The notes under the pieces are model-generated. The model was not told the DNA's origin. It ran no database searches and saw only the letters and a program-made list of their open reading frames with translations. Made by a program: the position numbers and the translations under genes. A DNA stretch of 14,184 nucleotides from Chlamydiota bacterium (GTDB lineage: Bacteria; Auribacterota; Tritonobacteria; UBA1439): NCBI GenBank assembly GCA_037133055.1, contig JBAXOY010000084.1:1-14184 (forward strand), given 5' to 3'. Positions 12,522 to 14,184 of this stretch are shown here, in pieces. Position 1 is the first letter of the stretch. The number at the start of each line of letters is the position of its first letter.

Positions 12522-14184
12522 ATGCCGGACAAGAAAAGGTCGTCCCCCGCCGCGCGCTTCGAGGTCGTCGGATTCGAGGCGTTTGTCGGAGCGAACCGCC
12601 TCTTCGTCGAGGCGTCGCGCCCGGAGATGGCGACGGGGTGTCCCCCGATCGTCTTCGTCGGCGGGGCGTTCGACGGGAGTTGGATCTGCCGGCAGCAGCT
12701 CGACTACTGGGCATCCCGGGGGCGGCCCGCGTACGCATTGAACCCGCGCGGCTACTACCGGAGCCGGGCCCTGGGCATCGCGCGCCTCACGCACCTCGAC
12801 TACCTCGACGACATCCTCGTTGTCCGCCGGCGTTTCCATCTCGAGGACGCGGTCTACGCCGGCTACAGCATGGGGGGACTCCTCGTGCAGAAGCTCGCGG
12901 AGCACCACGGCGCGCGAGCCCTGGTGCTCTACGACAGCGACTGGCCGAGGGAAGTGGGGCGGATGCTCGGCGAACGCCCCCCCGTCCCCGTCCGCCTGCC
13001 GCCGGTCATGAATTTCTGGCCGAGCCGCGCGATCGTCGAGGAGATGATGGGGCGGCCGGTGGGTCCCGGTGAATTCAACGAGCTGCTCGCGCTCTTCAAG
13101 CAGTCGTATCTCTCGGGGGGGGCCTACCGCGAGCTCGAGCTGGAGCGCATCGAGATCGACGCGGCGCGCGTAACCTGCCCGGTGCTCACGGTGTCGATCT
13201 CGGCGCGCGACAGGGCGCAAGCGGCCCTCGCGCGCTACTACGGCGCGTCGCGGCTCATCTTCGAAGGCTACTCGCACGGGAGCATCCTCATCAGCCGATT
13301 CCACGGCCCGATCACCCGCCGGGTGACGGAGTGGATGGAGGATGGGTTCCCGCGCGGCGTCACGCGGACATACCGGTTCAAGGAGGTCATGGTGCAAGAG
13401 ACACGGGAGAAAAAAGTGAAGCTCCATTACTACACGGGCTGGGCCGAGCCGAAGGCCCACGTCTGCAACCGCAGAGGCCAGGAACTGGCGCAGGTTCCGA
13501 TGCGGCGCCTGAGGCGGGGGCGGTTCCACGACGAGGGGGTTTTCGGGGCGACCATTCCTTTCAGCCCGGGAGACAGGCTCTACCTCTCGTGCAGGGGAAA
13601 GGAGGACCGCCCCGCCGGGCGCGGCTGCTACGACCCGCTCGGGAAAGAGCTGTTCCTGATGGACGGCGAGTTCTTCCCCTCCACGCCCCCGCAGTTCCGC
13701 CAGCCGCCCGCCTACGCGAGCAGGGACATTTACAGCCGGGGGCTCGCCCACCATTTCAAGGTGAATATCATGCTCCCCCGGGACTACGGGCGCGGGGAGC
13801 GCGGCCCCTACCCCGTCGCGGTCCTGAATGACGGGCAGAACCAGTGGAAAAACCAGGGGGCGCACGGCGGCTGGCACAGCGACGCCATCGCCTTCGATTC
13901 GGCCCGGCGCGGCCGCTGCCGCGACATCGTTCTCGTCTCCGTCTTCTCCCACGCGCGGCGGGACTCGGCGTACCTCCCCCCGCCGCACGGGAGGGCCGAT
14001 CTCTACGTGGACTTTCTCGCCGACACCCTGCTCCCGGCGCTCCGGAAGGATATTCGCATCTCGGACTCCCCCGGCGAGATTGGGATCATCGGCGCGTCCT
14101 ACGGGGCCAACTGCGCCCTTTACGCGGGGATGTACCGACCGGATACGTTCGGGCTCGTGGGCAGCCTCTCGTTCGCCCACGTTT
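12522..14184 (+). CDS. Tandem alpha/beta-hydrolase: N-terminal hydrolase, small linker domain and C-terminal Fes/IroE-like esterase (3'-truncated by the window)
   Basis: Absent from the ORF track because it has no stop in the window. Hand-translated open frame from ATG 12522 (SD GAGGAG): MPDKKRSS...PIVFVGGAFDGSW...LNPRGY...GYSMGG...TCPVLTV...GYSHG...KLHYYTGWAEPKAH...IMLPRDY...PYPVAVLNDGQN...YVDFLADTLLPALR...IGIIGASYGANCALY...RPDTFG. Confidence 0.9.
   Translation, partial: MPDKKRSSPAARFEVVGFEAFVGANRLFVEASRPEMATGCPPIVFVGGAFDGSWICRQQLDYWASRGRPAYALNPRGYYRSRALGIARLTHLDYLDDILVVRRRFHLEDAVYAGYSMGGLLVQKLAEHHGARALVLYDSDWPREVGRMLGERPPVPVRLPPVMNFWPSRAIVEEMMGRPVGPGEFNELLALFKQSYLSGGAYRELELERIEIDAARVTCPVLTVSISARDRAQAALARYYGASRLIFEGYSHGSILISRFHGPITRRVTEWMEDGFPRGVTRTYRFKEVMVQETREKKVKLHYYTGWAEPKAHVCNRRGQELAQVPMRRLRRGRFHDEGVFGATIPFSPGDRLYLSCRGKEDRPAGRGCYDPLGKELFLMDGEFFPSTPPQFRQPPAYASRDIYSRGLAHHFKVNIMLPRDYGRGERGPYPVAVLNDGQNQWKNQGAHGGWHSDAIAFDSARRGRCRDIVLVSVFSHARRDSAYLPPPHGRADLYVDFLADTLLPALRKDIRISDSPGEIGIIGASYGANCALYAGMYRPDTFGLVGSLSFAHV

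Overview
GC-rich bacterial chromosomal window of mostly ordinary genes, with unusually repeat-rich intergenic DNA. The left part is a minus-strand run: 2TM-RCK potassium channel, PTS EIIA-like protein, PAS-GAF-PAS-PAS histidine kinase and single-domain response regulator. Next come YIP1, DUF2752 and YkvA/DUF1232 membrane proteins, a lipoprotein, a histone-deacetylase-family enzyme, a small lipoprotein and tRNA-Pro(TGG). These are followed by a TIGR03067-like lipoprotein, a stand-alone LigD 3'-phosphoesterase, a YprB-like DEDDy exonuclease, a DHH/NrnA phosphoesterase and a nitroreductase. A double alpha/beta-hydrolase CDS (12522 to window end) is missing from the ORF track. The most notable find is a 200-bp MITE-like element (4547-4746) with GTAAC...GTTAC terminal inverted repeats, an 8-bp flanking direct repeat, inverted heptamer arrays and an apparent internally deleted four-helix-bundle gene remnant. 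Other notable non-coding structure includes a three-copy intergenic element (a conserved core inside ACGCCCnn octamer arrays), further 8-mer and 9-mer tracts, REP-like hairpins, and a direct repeat starting at the tRNA CCA end. All family assignments come from motif recognition by eye; no searches were run.
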